NCBI GenBank assembly: GCA_951406725.2
Contig: OX597832.1
Span: 65,162,001 to 65,226,000, forward strand
Length of the DNA stretch: 64,000 nt
From: Octopus vulgaris
Lineage: Eukaryota
Reading direction: 5' to 3'
Below are positions 27,851 through 42,891 of the stretch, one piece after another. The notes under the pieces are model-generated. The model was not told the origin of the DNA, ran no database searches, and saw only the letters and a list, made by a program, of their open reading frames with translations. The first letter of the stretch is position 1. Every line of letters begins with the position of its first letter. The position numbers were made by a program, and so were the translations under genes.

Positions 27851-28799
27851 GATTTACGTTTGTTTCGCTCCTATACTGTCTATTTTCCGAGACATTATCG
27901 ATTAGGCCAGCTGCAAAACAATAGAGTTTCATTGCCGAAGACACGTGTCTTAGCAGACTGATAATAAAACACTAATTTCTCTCTGAACCTATTTGTTCTC
28001 TGTATTTCCAATGAAGTGCGTGAACTGCAAAATGTAAGAATTAATGTGCTTACGGTGGAATTTGTGTTGGCGGTGTTGGTGGCAGTGGCGTAATATGTAG
28101 TTAATGTTGTTGATGTTGCTGTTACTGTCGTTCGTGGTAATAGTTACAGTGTTAATGGTAGTATTAGTGATATAGATTTTGGTAGGTTTGGCTGAGACAG
28201 AGGCAATTGTGGCGGTGGCGTTGGTGGTGCTGCTGCTGCTGGTAATAGCAAAGGTATATAGTGGCAATAGCGGTGGTGTCGGTGATAGTGATAGCAATAG
28301 TTGCGTTGATGGTGGTGGTGATAGCAGTACTGGTACTAGCATGGTGTATGTCGATGATCGATTTGGTGGTAGTGATAATGGTGCTAATGTTAAAAGATAC
28401 AAAAATGGCGATGGGGTTAACGATGGTACTACAACAGCAGTAGTAGTAGTAGTATTAGTAGTAGTGATGTAGGTGGTTGTGGTGGCTGTCGTCGTTTACA
28501 CGGTGCAAATTTCGAAGAAGTTCTACCAAAACGTACGAGTAAATAAATGAACACAAACGAAATTGCTATAATTGCTGTGAATAAGACGATTTTCAATTTG
28601 AAGAATAAGAATGGAATGGAATGGAAAATTGGAAGATGGAAAAGTTGGGATTGTTTAGTGAATGTATTGTGTTGTCATGTCTTGTCTAGTTTTGGTCTTG
28701 TCAGTTTTTATTACGTTATCTGATGTACCGAACTTAATAACTGGAAATTACTGAAAACTGTTCAACTGAACATGAAAGTTAGATCTATACGACGCACCA

Positions 28800-28849
<50 letters not shown>

Positions 28850-29063
28850 GTATGTCTATACACAAAAAGACACACATACACAGGCACACACTTCCGCACA
28901 CTGAGGCACTTAAAGGAAAAGTAGACACCTACCCCATATACATTGAGGCATAAACAAACTCATATATATTTGTCTACATATGCAGAAACACACACACACA
29001 TGTTATGTACATTTACATATATAGATGCATGCACGTGAATTCATACGTGTGTATAATGTGTGC

Positions 29064-29126
<63 letters not shown>

Positions 29127-29899
29127 CGTATTTGAACACATAAACTCACCAATACGCATTATGCATGCTTATATATCAAACTAAAGTAGGTGTAATAATC
29201 TGCTCCTTTCTATCGACAAAACTGTGAATAGTAACACGTTTCTGAAGAAGTATCATCTTTATTAGTATTAATAGCACTCAAATAAAACAAACATTTCTTA
29301 TCGATGACCACAAATATCTATATATGTATCTCTAGCAATGTTTAAGGACAGCTGAAACGAAAAAAAATAAAACAAAAAGAAAATAACGATATTCGGAAAG
29401 AAAACCATAAAATTAGAAAAAAGTAAAAGAAATGAATAAGAAGATAAATAAAATATGACATGCAAATGAAGAAAATAAAAGTACATCTTGAAGGAAGATA
29501 GTAAAAGAAATGAAGGATATTGATAGAAAAATATGAATGAAAAATATTAATAGGAAAAAATAGATGTAAACGAGAGAAAACAGACGTGAGAAATAGAGAA
29601 GGAAAGTTTACAACAGAAAGAGAAAAAAATAGTAAAGTTTGTAGAGAAACAAAAAATATAGATGCTGTATTTCGTGTTGGTAGTTATGATGATGAGTACT
29701 ACCGTTGTTGTTGTTATTGCAACTAGATTTTTTTTCTCTTTTGGGTTTTAGGAGTTGATTTTTTCCTACATTTTTCTTTTAAAAAATCGGAATTGGAATA
29801 TCATGTATTATAACTCATTATTTTTCCTCACTCTCTTTCTGTCTGTCTATCTGTCTCTCTTTTATTGTCTGTTTGCTTGTATATGTGTATGTATTTCCT

Positions 29900-29953
<54 letters not shown>

Positions 29954-29996
29954 AATCTATCTATCTATCAGTCTGTCTGTCTATCTGTCTGTCTGC

Positions 29997-30077
<81 letters not shown>

Positions 30078-30083
30078 AATCAA

Positions 30084-30115
<32 letters not shown>

Positions 30116-30135
30116 TCTACCTATCTATTTATTTA
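29900..30135. repeat. (TCTA)n microsatellite
   Basis: Read directly from the sequence. Confidence 0.95.
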
Positions 30136-30226
30136 TCTCTCTATATACTTCTCTGTGACTCTCTCTCCCTCCTCCTCTCTCTCTCTCTCTCTGTCCGTCT
30201 ACCTATTTGTCTCTCTGTCTCACTCT

Positions 30227-30276
<50 letters not shown>

Positions 30277-30870
30277 CTTCTTTTCCCACATTCGTCGGCG
30301 TTCGGGAGTTCCAGGTCGATTTATGCCACTTCTGCCAGAGTCGATTGCAACTGCTTCACTGTTTAAACGCAGCACTAACATCTTCAGTCTCACTAAGCTC
30401 TGAGCTCTTTCCGGATACCATTCGTGCCGCTCTTTCCTCCGGTCCATAAGTAGGTACACGCACACAGACATATAACGTACACAAACGCACTTATATATCA
30501 TATATAGTTCAAATTTACAGAAAACAAAGTATGAAGATAGGTGAGGAAATATTAGTCTGACGTACGGGAAGAAAAAAATAAATGGAGAAAGATCTAAAGA
30601 AAAAGAACAGAGAAAGAAAAATGCGTAGAGATTACCGGTTCCAAGTGATGAAATGACCGGAAGAAAGAGGCCCGTGGATGGGAGATAATAACGGTGACAC
30701 GGCTGAACAAGGTACTATTTCGTGATGATATACATACATAGATATATGTAATATAACATTTGTACACACACACACATATACATATGCATGTGTACACATT
30801 TATATGTGCGTGTCTGTATATATATACATATGTATATATATGAAATAAAAACCAGAACACAAAGGATGTC

Positions 30871-30962
30871 GCGGTACACATGTTTCGAGCTTAATAAAAC
30901 AACTTATTCTTACATCAATGTATAATCGACAAAGCAGATAGTTTAAAGCTCTCTTCAGCCGC
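30871..30962 (-). ncRNA. type I hammerhead ribozyme motif (canonical core)
   Basis: GCGG-CUGAAGA-GAGCUU...AAGCUC-GAAA-CAUGU-GUA|CCGC. Confidence 0.85.
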
Positions 30963-31180
30963 ATGCAATTGCTACACCAAAGACTTGTATCACATTATAA
31001 AAGGTCTGGAAAAGAACATTTGGTATTATTGATAATGGTAGGTAAATTGAGTATCACGGAGAAAGTATACAAACATACTTTCTCAGTGATACTCAATTTA
31101 CCTACCATTATAAATAATACCAAATGTTCTTTTTCAGACCTTTCATAATGTGATACAAGTCTTTGGTGTAGCAATTGCAT

Positions 31181-31272
31181 GCGGCTGAAGAGAGCTTTAA
31201 ACTATCTGTTATGTCGATTATACATTGATGTAAGAATAAGTTGTTTTATAAAGCACGAAACATGTGTACCGC
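31181..31272 (+). ncRNA. type I hammerhead ribozyme motif (mirror copy)
   Basis: GCGG-CUGAAGA-GAGCUUUA...UAAAGCAC-GAAA-CAUGU-GUA|CCGC, with one stem II mismatch. Confidence 0.8.
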
Positions 31273-31392
31273 GACATCCATTGTGTTCTGTTTTTTATTT
31301 CATTTGATACATATATCCTCTTACCTATGCTACTAGCTGGCATATACAGGTGCTTATACCTATCAAGTATTCACCCTGAATTTATATGTGTA

Positions 31393-31450
<58 letters not shown>

Positions 31451-31454
<4 letters not shown>

Positions 31455-31790
31455 TGGCACCTTGGGCAAGTGTCTTCTACTATAGCCTCGGGCCGACCAA
31501 GGACTTGTGAGTGGATTTGGTAGACGGAAACTGAAAGAAATCCGTCGTATATATGTATATATATATGTATGTGTGTGTGTTTGTGTGTCTGTGTTTATCC
31601 CGCTAGCATTGCTTGACAACCGATGCTGGTGTGTTTATGTCCCCGTCACTAAGCGGTTCGGCAAAAGAGACCGATAGAATAAGTACTGGGCTTACAAAGA
31701 ATAACTCCCGGGGTCGAGTTGGTCGATTAAAGGCGGTGCTCCAGCATGGCCGCAGTCAAATGACTGAAACAAGTAAAAAAAAAAGAAAGA
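31451..31790 (+). mobile_element. SINE family A, 5'-truncated
   Basis: High similarity to 22517-22880. Confidence 0.9.
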
Positions 31791-31792
31791 AA

Positions 31793-31854
<62 letters not shown>

Positions 31855-32564
31855 TATACAAGGTTTCGATAGGATCTTCTATGAGTCATCAATGTAAAAT
31901 TCTTCAGGCCGACGTGGATCAATACAATTTCAACGTTCCGTTAGGTATGGTACATATGTGGCCAGGAGTTTACCCTCTCCATTCTCAAATTTTGGATTTT
32001 TATTCACCTACAGAGGAAACTCTGCTACTAAGCTGTAAGTCAATTTTAAAAAAACTGATTCAACTTCAGTCATTCTACGTCAATAAACCACAACTGTACC
32101 TGGATTTTGTTTTTTTAAACTTTCTACAGTCTACTCGCAACTTACCATCCTCTTACACCTTGATCCTTATCTTTACCAAGATATATATATATATATATAT
32201 ATGGAATTAGGACTAAGCAAAAAACAAAACAAAGCAATTTTATATTTTGTTACACAGTGTAATAGATAAGTGCATAATTACATGCATACATGCATGAGTG
32301 CACGCATATTTTTCAGTTCATTGCGCTGCCCTTTCGAGGTATCTGGTGCTGAAGATGTGGTAACTATTCAGTCTAGTTAGGGGTTACTTCGGATCGAATC
32401 AGTGTATATACAGCTGTTTGTCTGCAGTGACAAATTTTCTCCAGAACAAAATACAGTGAATAGCTTTTTTACGGGATTGGATATCACTGAAACACATTTG
32501 AACTTGTAACAAGATTGAATTTATGCACATGAATGGTTGCCGTTTCTGCTCCGTATTTTCTGTA

Positions 32565-32675
<111 letters not shown>

Positions 32676-32710
32676 ACATACATACATACATATATCTATA
32701 TCTATATATG

Positions 32711-32775
<65 letters not shown>

Positions 32776-32881
32776 GCTTATTGGTTTATATATCTATATA
32801 TCTCTAAATTCACTCATCTACCAATTTATCTATCTACGTGCCTATGTATGTATTTATGTATGTATGTATATGTGTGTCTGT

Positions 32882-32977
<96 letters not shown>

Positions 32978-33321
32978 TAATCTACTATAAATCTCTTATT
33001 TCTAAGTATTTCGGTATACTTGCAGAGATGTTGCAGACATTTCAGGTAATGAATGGTCGAAATAAACTCATTTTCTAGTGGTGAATATGTTGTTTTTCTA
33101 TTATGGAAAGAGAATGGAAAAATAAAATCCCATCAACAATTTCGTGGAATTTACGGGACAAAACACTGGAGGAACTGACCATAAACGTCATCGATTATTC
33201 CGAAATTCTCCTTAATATTAGATGCTTTTCTGCCCTGCACGCGAGCCAATGGACAGAACGTCTTGCAAACAAACTTTAATCCGAAAGAAACCTTAATGGA
33301 TAACTGAAGTTTTAGTTCCAG

Positions 33322-34110
<789 letters not shown>

Positions 34111-34640
34111 TATTGATATTTTTATTGTAGTTGCTTCTTTTGTCGTTGCTTTGGGTGGTGGTGGCGATGGTGGTGATGGTGGTGGTAACGTTTTATTGTT
34201 ATCATGATCAATGTTGGTCGTAATATCAAGAATATTATCATCGAAGAACATTATCGTTGCAGTTCAAATTGTTATTCTCTCTATAATTGTTCGTTTACAT
34301 TGATTTCGCCTATGTTCGTTGTTGTTGTTGTTGTTGTTTTTGTTGTTATTCTTATTCTTATTGATGTTGATGGTTGTCTTGTCATTTCTAGAGATGATGT
34401 TGCCCAGCTGTCATTTTCGTTATTATTTCGTTTCTGAATATCTACAATGACAACAAAAATAACAACGATGACAACAACAAAAACAACAATAACAACAGCA
34501 ATAGATAGTAACAGTAAGGGTTTGCTTAAGAACAAGGATAAGATAAAGAATATTAAATGTAGGAAAGGAGAGTTTTAATGCTAAAACCTAATATCCTTAC
34601 ATGACTACACACAACTGGTATTTATGCTTATCTCATAATA

Positions 34641-34705
<65 letters not shown>

Positions 34706-34709
<4 letters not shown>

Positions 34710-34893
34710 GCCGGCCAGAATGCTCACCGGCATTTCGTCCGTCCTCTCGTTCTGAGTTCAAATTCCGCTGAAGTTGACTTTGCTTTTCATCTTTTCGGAG
34801 TTTATAAAATAGGAACCAGTTACGTACTGGGGTCGATGTAATCGATTTAATCCTTTCCCACACATTTGAGGCCGAGTGTTTCCAGTGGAAAGG
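34706..34893 (+). mobile_element. SINE family B-like copy in (ATT)n
   Basis: GAGTTCAAATTCCGC B box and GACTTTGCTTTTCATC body as in 48401-48632. Confidence 0.75.
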
Positions 34894-34914
34894 ATTATTA
34901 TTATTATTATTATG

Positions 34915-34984
<70 letters not shown>

Positions 34985-34985
<1 letters not shown>

Positions 34986-35849
34986 TTATACATTCAATCT
35001 GCATCTTTGTTACATACAGTCACTTGCCGAGACACTCCAAGCGTCCCGAGGAGAGTGAAGGATGAGAGATGTTACAATATGAGTGAAAGCTTGGGATGGA
35101 AAGCTAGTGAAATATCTTCATGTAATACAACACAGACATTCAAATAGATAGGGATTTTTTTAAGGATGTGGGCAGTACTTCTCGACATAATCTTTTGGAT
35201 TTCTCGGAGTCCTCCTGGGATCTTATCTAGATGTTTCTGACATCCCTTTTTTGTGTCATACTTAGGGCACCTATAATAACAGGAACAGTTCTCGTTTTAA
35301 GATGCCACATCTTTCGTATTTCAATTTCCATGTCCTTATATTTACTTACTTTGTCAAATTCCTTTACAGATACATGTTTATTAGTGGGAACACTTACATC
35401 TACTTGTCAACAAGTATTTTCTTCTCTGTCTTTCATAACTATGTCTGATCAATTAGTCTGGATTGTTCTGTCAGTGTTAACTGGAAAATCCCAGAGGATA
35501 GTGACATTTTCACCTCCAGCAACTGGCTCAGGAAGATGTGCATACCAGTAAGCAGGAGTACTGGTTTTGTAGTGTTTACATATTTTCTAATGTAAACACT
35601 ATCCTGCCCTATCGTGGCGATTTTTATATTCATATAGTGTATGTGGTGCACCTTCTTCACCACAACTCCATCCGGTCTAGCCCCTGATCTATATGGATTG
35701 GAAAATTCCAGAAGATCTTTATAGTGAACAACTTAACACACTTTTTCAGTTAGTTCTCATTCTACCTCTCGCCGCTCTTTGCCTCCCACTAACTTTTCGC
35801 AGTTTCCAATGTAGCACATTATCTACGTGATGTTCTTTTTTTTCTTCTA

Positions 35850-35924
<75 letters not shown>

Positions 35925-36120
35925 GTCATTATTATTATTATTAAAGCCTCTCGGATAGTTCTTAATTACAGGTTGTTCTTTACTTGAAAGCAGGCAATAA
36001 CAAATCACCAAAGGTTTCAAGTAGTATCTTCTCCTGCAACTAAAAGAGATAATACCCTCCTTAGTATGCGAGCTGTACCCAACAATGCTGTCTTCTGGAT
36101 CACGTCGAGCCTAACACGAG
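34985..36120 (-). mobile_element. R4/Dong-like LINE 3' fragments bounded by (TAA)n
   Basis: Minus strand WDFPVNTDRTIQTN.SDIVMKDRE..TC.QVDVSVP..K.KDMEIEIRKMWHLKTRTVPVIIGAL; a second end QKTALLGTARIL at 36060-36100. Confidence 0.8.
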
Positions 36121-36123
36121 GTT

Positions 36124-36263
<140 letters not shown>

Positions 36264-37176
36264 CATTATTATTATAATTATAATAATAATAATAATTATT
36301 ATTATTTTATTATAATTATTATTATTATCATAATAATAATAATGATTATTATTATTATTATAATTATAATTATTATTATTATTATTATTATCATTATTAT
36401 TATTATCATTATTATTATTATTCAGTAGTCTTATTTTTTCCACGTGCTTTCACTGCACTACCGACTACAGCTCTGTGTGCCTTGGATACCTCGGGGTGAC
36501 TCAGACTAATACCTACTGTAAGTTCTCAAATCGGTACATTCCACTAAAATTCTGGTTTGAACAGCAGTTGAAGATTTGACTTTGTGACTGCTTTTGCAAA
36601 GCGGCTAGAAGTGGTTTCTCCTTGAGCCTGTAGATATAGACTAATGCAGAAATAAAAGGGCAAACAGTTTGGCAAGACTTGACAATGATATATATTTTAG
36701 CCTAAATTATTATTAAATTCTATCCTAGCTATTGGAACATCTTGTGGGACGAGGGTTCTATAAGCCGAGCATTCCGTCATCAGTGAGAGATAAGTTAAAC
36801 GCATGTAACAGTGGAGAAATATTCTGCATGAATATCACTGTATTTCATAATGAATAGAAAGAGAGGGGAAATCCAGATAAGGAAATAATTGAAATAGGTA
36901 TTCATTCTGTAAATCCCATGAACAAATTGAGAAAATCTGTAATGTATATTTGTAGAATATCTAAAGAAGATAGAATGGTTTGTTTGTAATACATGACAAG
37001 GGAACATGGATGTTAGCAGGTCCAATATTGATTGGGGAAGAGCTAAGATGCTACAGGTCCTACGGGGTTCGGAGATCCATCATAATGTTGGTAGATGTAG
37101 ACATCGGAATATCATAGTTCAAATGATTTGTGATCTACGAAGTGCTTTCTATTCTAAGAGTCCCTTGATCGCGATG

Positions 37177-37208
<32 letters not shown>

Positions 37209-37489
37209 CGGACGAAGAATTTTCTGGTTTGGTACCCAAGTGTACATTTTGCCTACAAGAGTGTAATGGAATGAAAGTTGTGTCGAACGAATCTAACCCA
37301 CGAGACCTCTAATGGGCAAGCCTCCGAAATTTTGTTCACTGAGTTTAGAGCAAGTATTTATAAAATTGTGACTGATCCGACGCAATAGTCACGACTCAAA
37401 GCAGATCATCTGTGAAAATTGTCTAGTGACTATATTATTCCAGTCTGTCCATGTGTTTCTACTTGCCTCTCTGTTTGTCCATCTATCTT

Positions 37490-37568
<79 letters not shown>

Positions 37569-37631
37569 CCCTACAAATAAATACAGATATGGATGCGTGT
37601 GTGTGTATATATATGCATATATATTTATATT

Positions 37632-37680
<49 letters not shown>

Positions 37681-37683
<3 letters not shown>

Positions 37684-38196
37684 GAAAGAAGGTTTGAAAA
37701 TGCAATTTAAAAGATGTTTATTTACTTTACCGGTTTCACTCTTTGGAAAAAGATTGTCAACAGTAACATGTGGAAGTTTGGTTGCGTTAATCATTGGTTG
37801 TTGCAAATTGCTACATTACATATATATATACAGTCTTTAGTAACAGGGACATGTTAAAGACATAAAAAAGTTCAAGTTCCTTAAAATATTGGGCAAAAAA
37901 AGATTACATAAATAATCGTTCTCAAGGACATACTTAAGATAGTTTCCAGAAGGAATTGATATTGGTACTGTATCTGTATATTCAAACATGCACAGAATAT
38001 TGGTTGACACAGAGTACTATAATCGATATAAATATACCAAAGACTGTATATATATATGTAATGTAGCAATTTGCAACAACCAATAATTAACGCAACCAAA
38101 CTTCCACATGTTACTGTTGACAATCTTTGTCAAAAGAGTGAAACCGGTAAAGTAAATAAACATCTTTTAAATTGCATTTTCAAACCTTCTTTCGTA
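37681..38196. mobile_element. 158-bp inverted arms with a 200-bp spacer; HHR-like core in each arm
   Basis: Arms 37681-37838/38039-38196. CUGUUGA-CAAUCUUU..AAAGAGU-GAAA-CCGG-UA at 38114-38149. Confidence 0.8.
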
Positions 38197-38356
38197 TATA
38201 ATTCCACTCGTGCGGTACCCCACAACTCCACTTTGTTATATATATATATATATATATATATTGATATGTATATATATATGCATGCATATATATATATGCA
38301 TATGTACATATATATTTATTTGCGTTTATTTTTCAAATTACAATATACACGTATAA

Positions 38357-38415
<59 letters not shown>

Positions 38416-38926
38416 GAACTAAAAATACTTCTGCGTGTGTATGCACTTGTAAATGCATGAGTATGTAAGAGAAAGTTTGTGTTTGTATAAATATTGTAAG
38501 CTGTATGGGAAATCAATAGAAATATTCCCAGACAATATCCCATGTACAAAATGTTCCGTAAATTTCGAATCTCTTGATTGCATCCAAACTAAACATTTCT
38601 GCAAATGTGGCGAGATTCCCCGAATTGTTTATTACAAATACTGTTATTAATTTATTGTATGTTACATAGACACTTCAACATATATCTAAAACATAGAAAT
38701 ATTCACTCGATCTTGCACACGCATGCACACACACACACACACGCACACACATATACATGTATGTAAGTCTACGTATAAATCCTTATGTTCCTGAAGGTAT
38801 TGTTGTATGCTTACAAGTTACAAGCTTATCAATATATGAGATTTAAAATATATTGTATATTGTATTTTACATACATATAAATGTATATACATGCACACAT
38901 ACATACAATACATAAGTACATATGCA

Positions 38927-38977
<51 letters not shown>

Positions 38978-40424
38978 GTGTGTGTCTACACATGTATATG
39001 AATGTATACGTATGTATGAATGTATATGTATGTGTGTGTGGTTATGTGTATGATATATTCAAATCAGCTTATGTATGAGAATAAATGAGTGTAATAAATA
39101 TTTACAAAATATTCACAGACACACACAAAGACGCACGCAAACACACACACAGAAACACAGGTACACAGACACACAAACATACTTATATATGCATATGGAT
39201 GTATGTTTGAACACACATTTACAAAGAAATATACATATATAGATATGTGTATGTGGGTATATATGTGTATGTGTATATATATATATATATATACATACAT
39301 ATGTTTGTTTGACTGTTTATATCTATACATATGCATATATATATGTAAATACACGAACTTATAGCAATAATAACGATAAAGTCGTAGAAAACAAATTGAA
39401 TATGAAAAGAAGGAAAATAATAAGAAATCAACGTAGACAAGAAAGAATTGGTTCAATAAGAAAATAACAACAGAAAAATACACAATTACAATAATTAATA
39501 AAATAATAAAATGCTAAATAAAAGAAACAGAAAATATTTAAACAATGCAAAAAGAAAATGGCCGCCCTCGAAGCCGAAATGATTCAAGTCAGTAAATAAA
39601 TGTCTATAGACCTATATTACGCTGTGTATCTGGTGCGATAGAAGATAAGATACGCTGTCGTAGATCTGTTGAATAAACCCAATAGTCAATTTTTTTTTCA
39701 GACCTTGTTAGATTTTAAATAAAAAAAGAGGTAAAATGTCTGAAACTACGAAGAAGAAAGTAGGTGAAAACGATGGAAACTGCCGAATTATTTCTAGAAG
39801 AGAAATATGAGTGTAAAACGATAAACACTGGCAACGAGAGAGTGTTAAGAGAGTGTGACACAAAGGGAATATGTATGTTAAATTGTGGGTATTTCTCTCT
39901 CTTTCTTTCTCTCTATCTATCTTATATATCTATCGATTAGCAAATCTTTATTTTTCTGAACTTATCAAATTCTTTTGTCGAGATGTCATGGCCTTTAGCC
40001 CTGAGCTCTGTAGCCACTGATGGGTGTGCTTCTGGTCTACATTATTTTTTTTTTGCTACAAGCGAAATATTTGTCATATAGAGGCTTTTTTCCTACCTAT
40101 CATCCAATTGTTGAAACGCATTTTGCTTTTCTATTGATTTCACCTTGTTTGCAACTGCAGTTGCCGCACATCTATAATGTTGTTCAACACTTCAAAGTTT
40201 TTTGTTCTCCTTCTTACATCATTCATGGCTTCCAACGAGTTTTAGATGTTTCAAGACATTTTGCCAGTTCAACTGTGATGGATTTATAAGAGATTTCAAA
40301 TTGGATCAAGCCTCGACCTCCTTAAGCTCTGGCTAGAAGATCTGCGCCAGCCTTTCTGTGGCGCATCTTATTACAATTCAGGAGCTTACGGATTTTCTTG
40401 TCAATCTTCCTTACATTGAAACTG

Positions 40425-40580
40425 TAGGCGAGTTGGCATTAACGCTAGTACGCCGGCATAAATGCTTGGCGGCATTTCGTCTTTATATACTGAGTCTAAA
40501 CTTTACCGAGGTCGACTTTGAGATTCATCCTTTTCGGCGTCTGTAAAATAAGTACTAGTTCAATAAAGAGGTCGCTGTTG
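40425..40580 (+). mobile_element. SINE family B, degenerate
   Basis: GTAGGCGAGTTGGCA head and CCGAGGTCGACTTTG body. Confidence 0.65.
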
Positions 40581-41753
40581 GTCGATGGCTGGGATTGTGT
40601 CATTATTTTAATCCATTATTATCATTTTTATTGTTGTTGTTGTTGTTGTTGTGGTACAATGCCGGTAGTTTTTCGCGGAGGCGGAGTGTTAATCTCTATC
40701 ATCGAATGCAACACTGGCTGGAACCATTAGCTGATAATCAGTGGTAATTCGGTGGGGTGTAGCTGGACTATGGAAGTGTAGCATGTGGTGGTAAAAAGAA
40801 TGAATTTGCTTTGATGTCGGAAATTTCTTAATGATTAGATTTCAATATGGGGTAGAAATAAATATACAGGCAGAGGTCTCAAATTCAGATCACAGCATTC
40901 TTTGTATATAAAAGCTGTTTTTGTTATATTTTAGGGTTCAGAGAAGAAGGTTTGTAGCTAATATAGTAGGTGACACAATATAGGTGAATTTGGTGATGAT
41001 GTAAGTAGCTTTCCATTAATGGATTTTAAATAGAATATTTGTTGGAAGATCACTGTTCCGAAACATATCTTATTATAAATACACTCCCACACGTCTGTGT
41101 GTGTGTGTGTGTCTATGTGTATGTGTAAAAATGCATAAATATATATATGTGAGTGTATGCATATTCATTTGACTACTGTTGCATTTACCTGTATTCTTGA
41201 ATTTGCTTTCATGTACGAACAATCGTGCGTGTGTCTGTGTATGTGTATGTGTGTGTGGTTCAGAGAGAGAGAGGGTGAGAGAGAGGGTGAGAGAGAGAGA
41301 GACAACAGACAGAGAGAGACAGAGACAGAGAAAGTGTGCGTATGCGTAAAAGCGTGACGAATAAGAACGACACAAAACAAGCACCAAATCTGAAAGCTAC
41401 ACGCATGCCCACAACCTAACAGAACAAAGAACCAGATGCACACCCAAACACCCAAACACTCACACATGAAAGCTATACAACAAGTTAAATCCCGCTAAGC
41501 TTGTTAAGCTGTTCACGTCGAGTCTGACATTTTGAAAGGTGCCTTGTCTAATACTGTTATTATTATTTCTATTTCTTTTACTACTACTACTCCTATTCCT
41601 CCTCCTCCTCCTCCTCCTCCTCCTCTTACTACTACTACTACTACAACTACTACTACTACCACCAACACCACTACCACCAACACCAACACCCCGACCCCAC
41701 CCCACCAATACTAACACCGACAACCCCACCCCGACCCCACCTCCACCACCACC

Positions 41754-41787
<34 letters not shown>

Positions 41788-42853
41788 TCATTGATTTCGA
41801 CTTATTACTTGCCTTTATTATTGGTGCTATATTTGATATATTCTCCGAGTTGCAGCCATTTACTACTGGTGTTCTCTTTTGGTGTTGTATATATGGGTAA
41901 AAAAGCTACACGCATGTCCATATATTTCATATATATATATATAGACATATATCAATAATACAGTGATTGTTTCTTGTCAGGAACAAAAACTTTCTTTGGG
42001 TTTGTTCAATAACTTTAGTTTGATATATATACATATATGTATATGTATCTATGAAATATCGGATTCCCGTTTGCGCCGTGAACAGGAATTAATCTTCTCT
42101 CTTCGCTCTTATACGCCATTTGGTCTCAACTCCCCCCCCTCTTCATCTAACCCCCCTCTCCCCCCTCCTCACCTATCCTTCCCCCCGACCCCTACTTCTT
42201 CAGTCCTTCATCCTTTCACCCCTACTCCCCTTCCCTTCTTCCCTCTTTCTCCCTCCCTCCTTCCCTCTTCCCTCACTCCCCTTCTCTCTCCCCCTCCCCT
42301 CTTTCCTCCTTCCTCCCCCTCCTCCCCTCATTCTCCCCCTCCTCTCCTCTTCCCCCTCTCCTCCCCCTCCCCGTCTCCCCCTCTTCTCCCCCTCCCCCTC
42401 TTCTCCTCACTACACCACACGACTTTACACATCACATCATATATGATGTGCCATACTAATACATACACCAACTAATACATACTAATACGTACTAATACAT
42501 ACTAATACATACTAATACATACACCAACCCTATATATACACACGTCCAGACCCCTCATACGCACTTATACTCTCTCATACACACACACACACACACACAC
42601 TTATACATACTAATACGTACTAATACATACTAATACATACTAATACATACACCAACCCCCATACATACGCCTGTCCAGACCTATCCTAGGGTCATTCAAC
42701 CCTATTATCAACCCTATTATCTCCCCTTATTTCGCTCTCGCGTCTCATGTTTGATCTTTGTCCTCTGGCCGAAATCAGATCGCCATGTTGATTCGTTAGT
42801 TACTGCACGCATTTTTTTTCTCTCCTTCTTTCTGTTTTTTTTCTCTCTGTGTA

Positions 42854-42891
42854 TCTTTCTGTTGAAGAGCGTAGGCTCGAAACGTTAAAGA
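42854..42891 (+). ncRNA. minimal (probably dimeric) hammerhead variant in the upstream pLTR
   Basis: UCUUU-CUGUUGA-A-GAGC(GUAG)GCUC-GAAA-CG-UU|AAAGA, palindromic stem III AACGUU. Confidence 0.75.

Larger units (their letters stand above)
30840..31303. mobile_element. near-perfect 464-bp palindrome with an HHR in each arm
   Basis: Arms 30840-31068 and 31075-31303, 6-nt loop ACAAAC. Confidence 0.9.

Noticed and set aside
30963-31180. Twin 61-aa ORFs on opposite strands
   Set aside because: By-product of the palindrome.
31856-31900. Minus-strand UUGAUGA...CUAUC-GAAA-CC HHR-like motif
   Set aside because: Stem III is truncated and the stem II register is off; too weak to count.
36750-37170. 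Possible decayed PLE RT on the minus strand
   Set aside because: Only vague motif echoes (FFRY, PYLDF); not supportable by eye.
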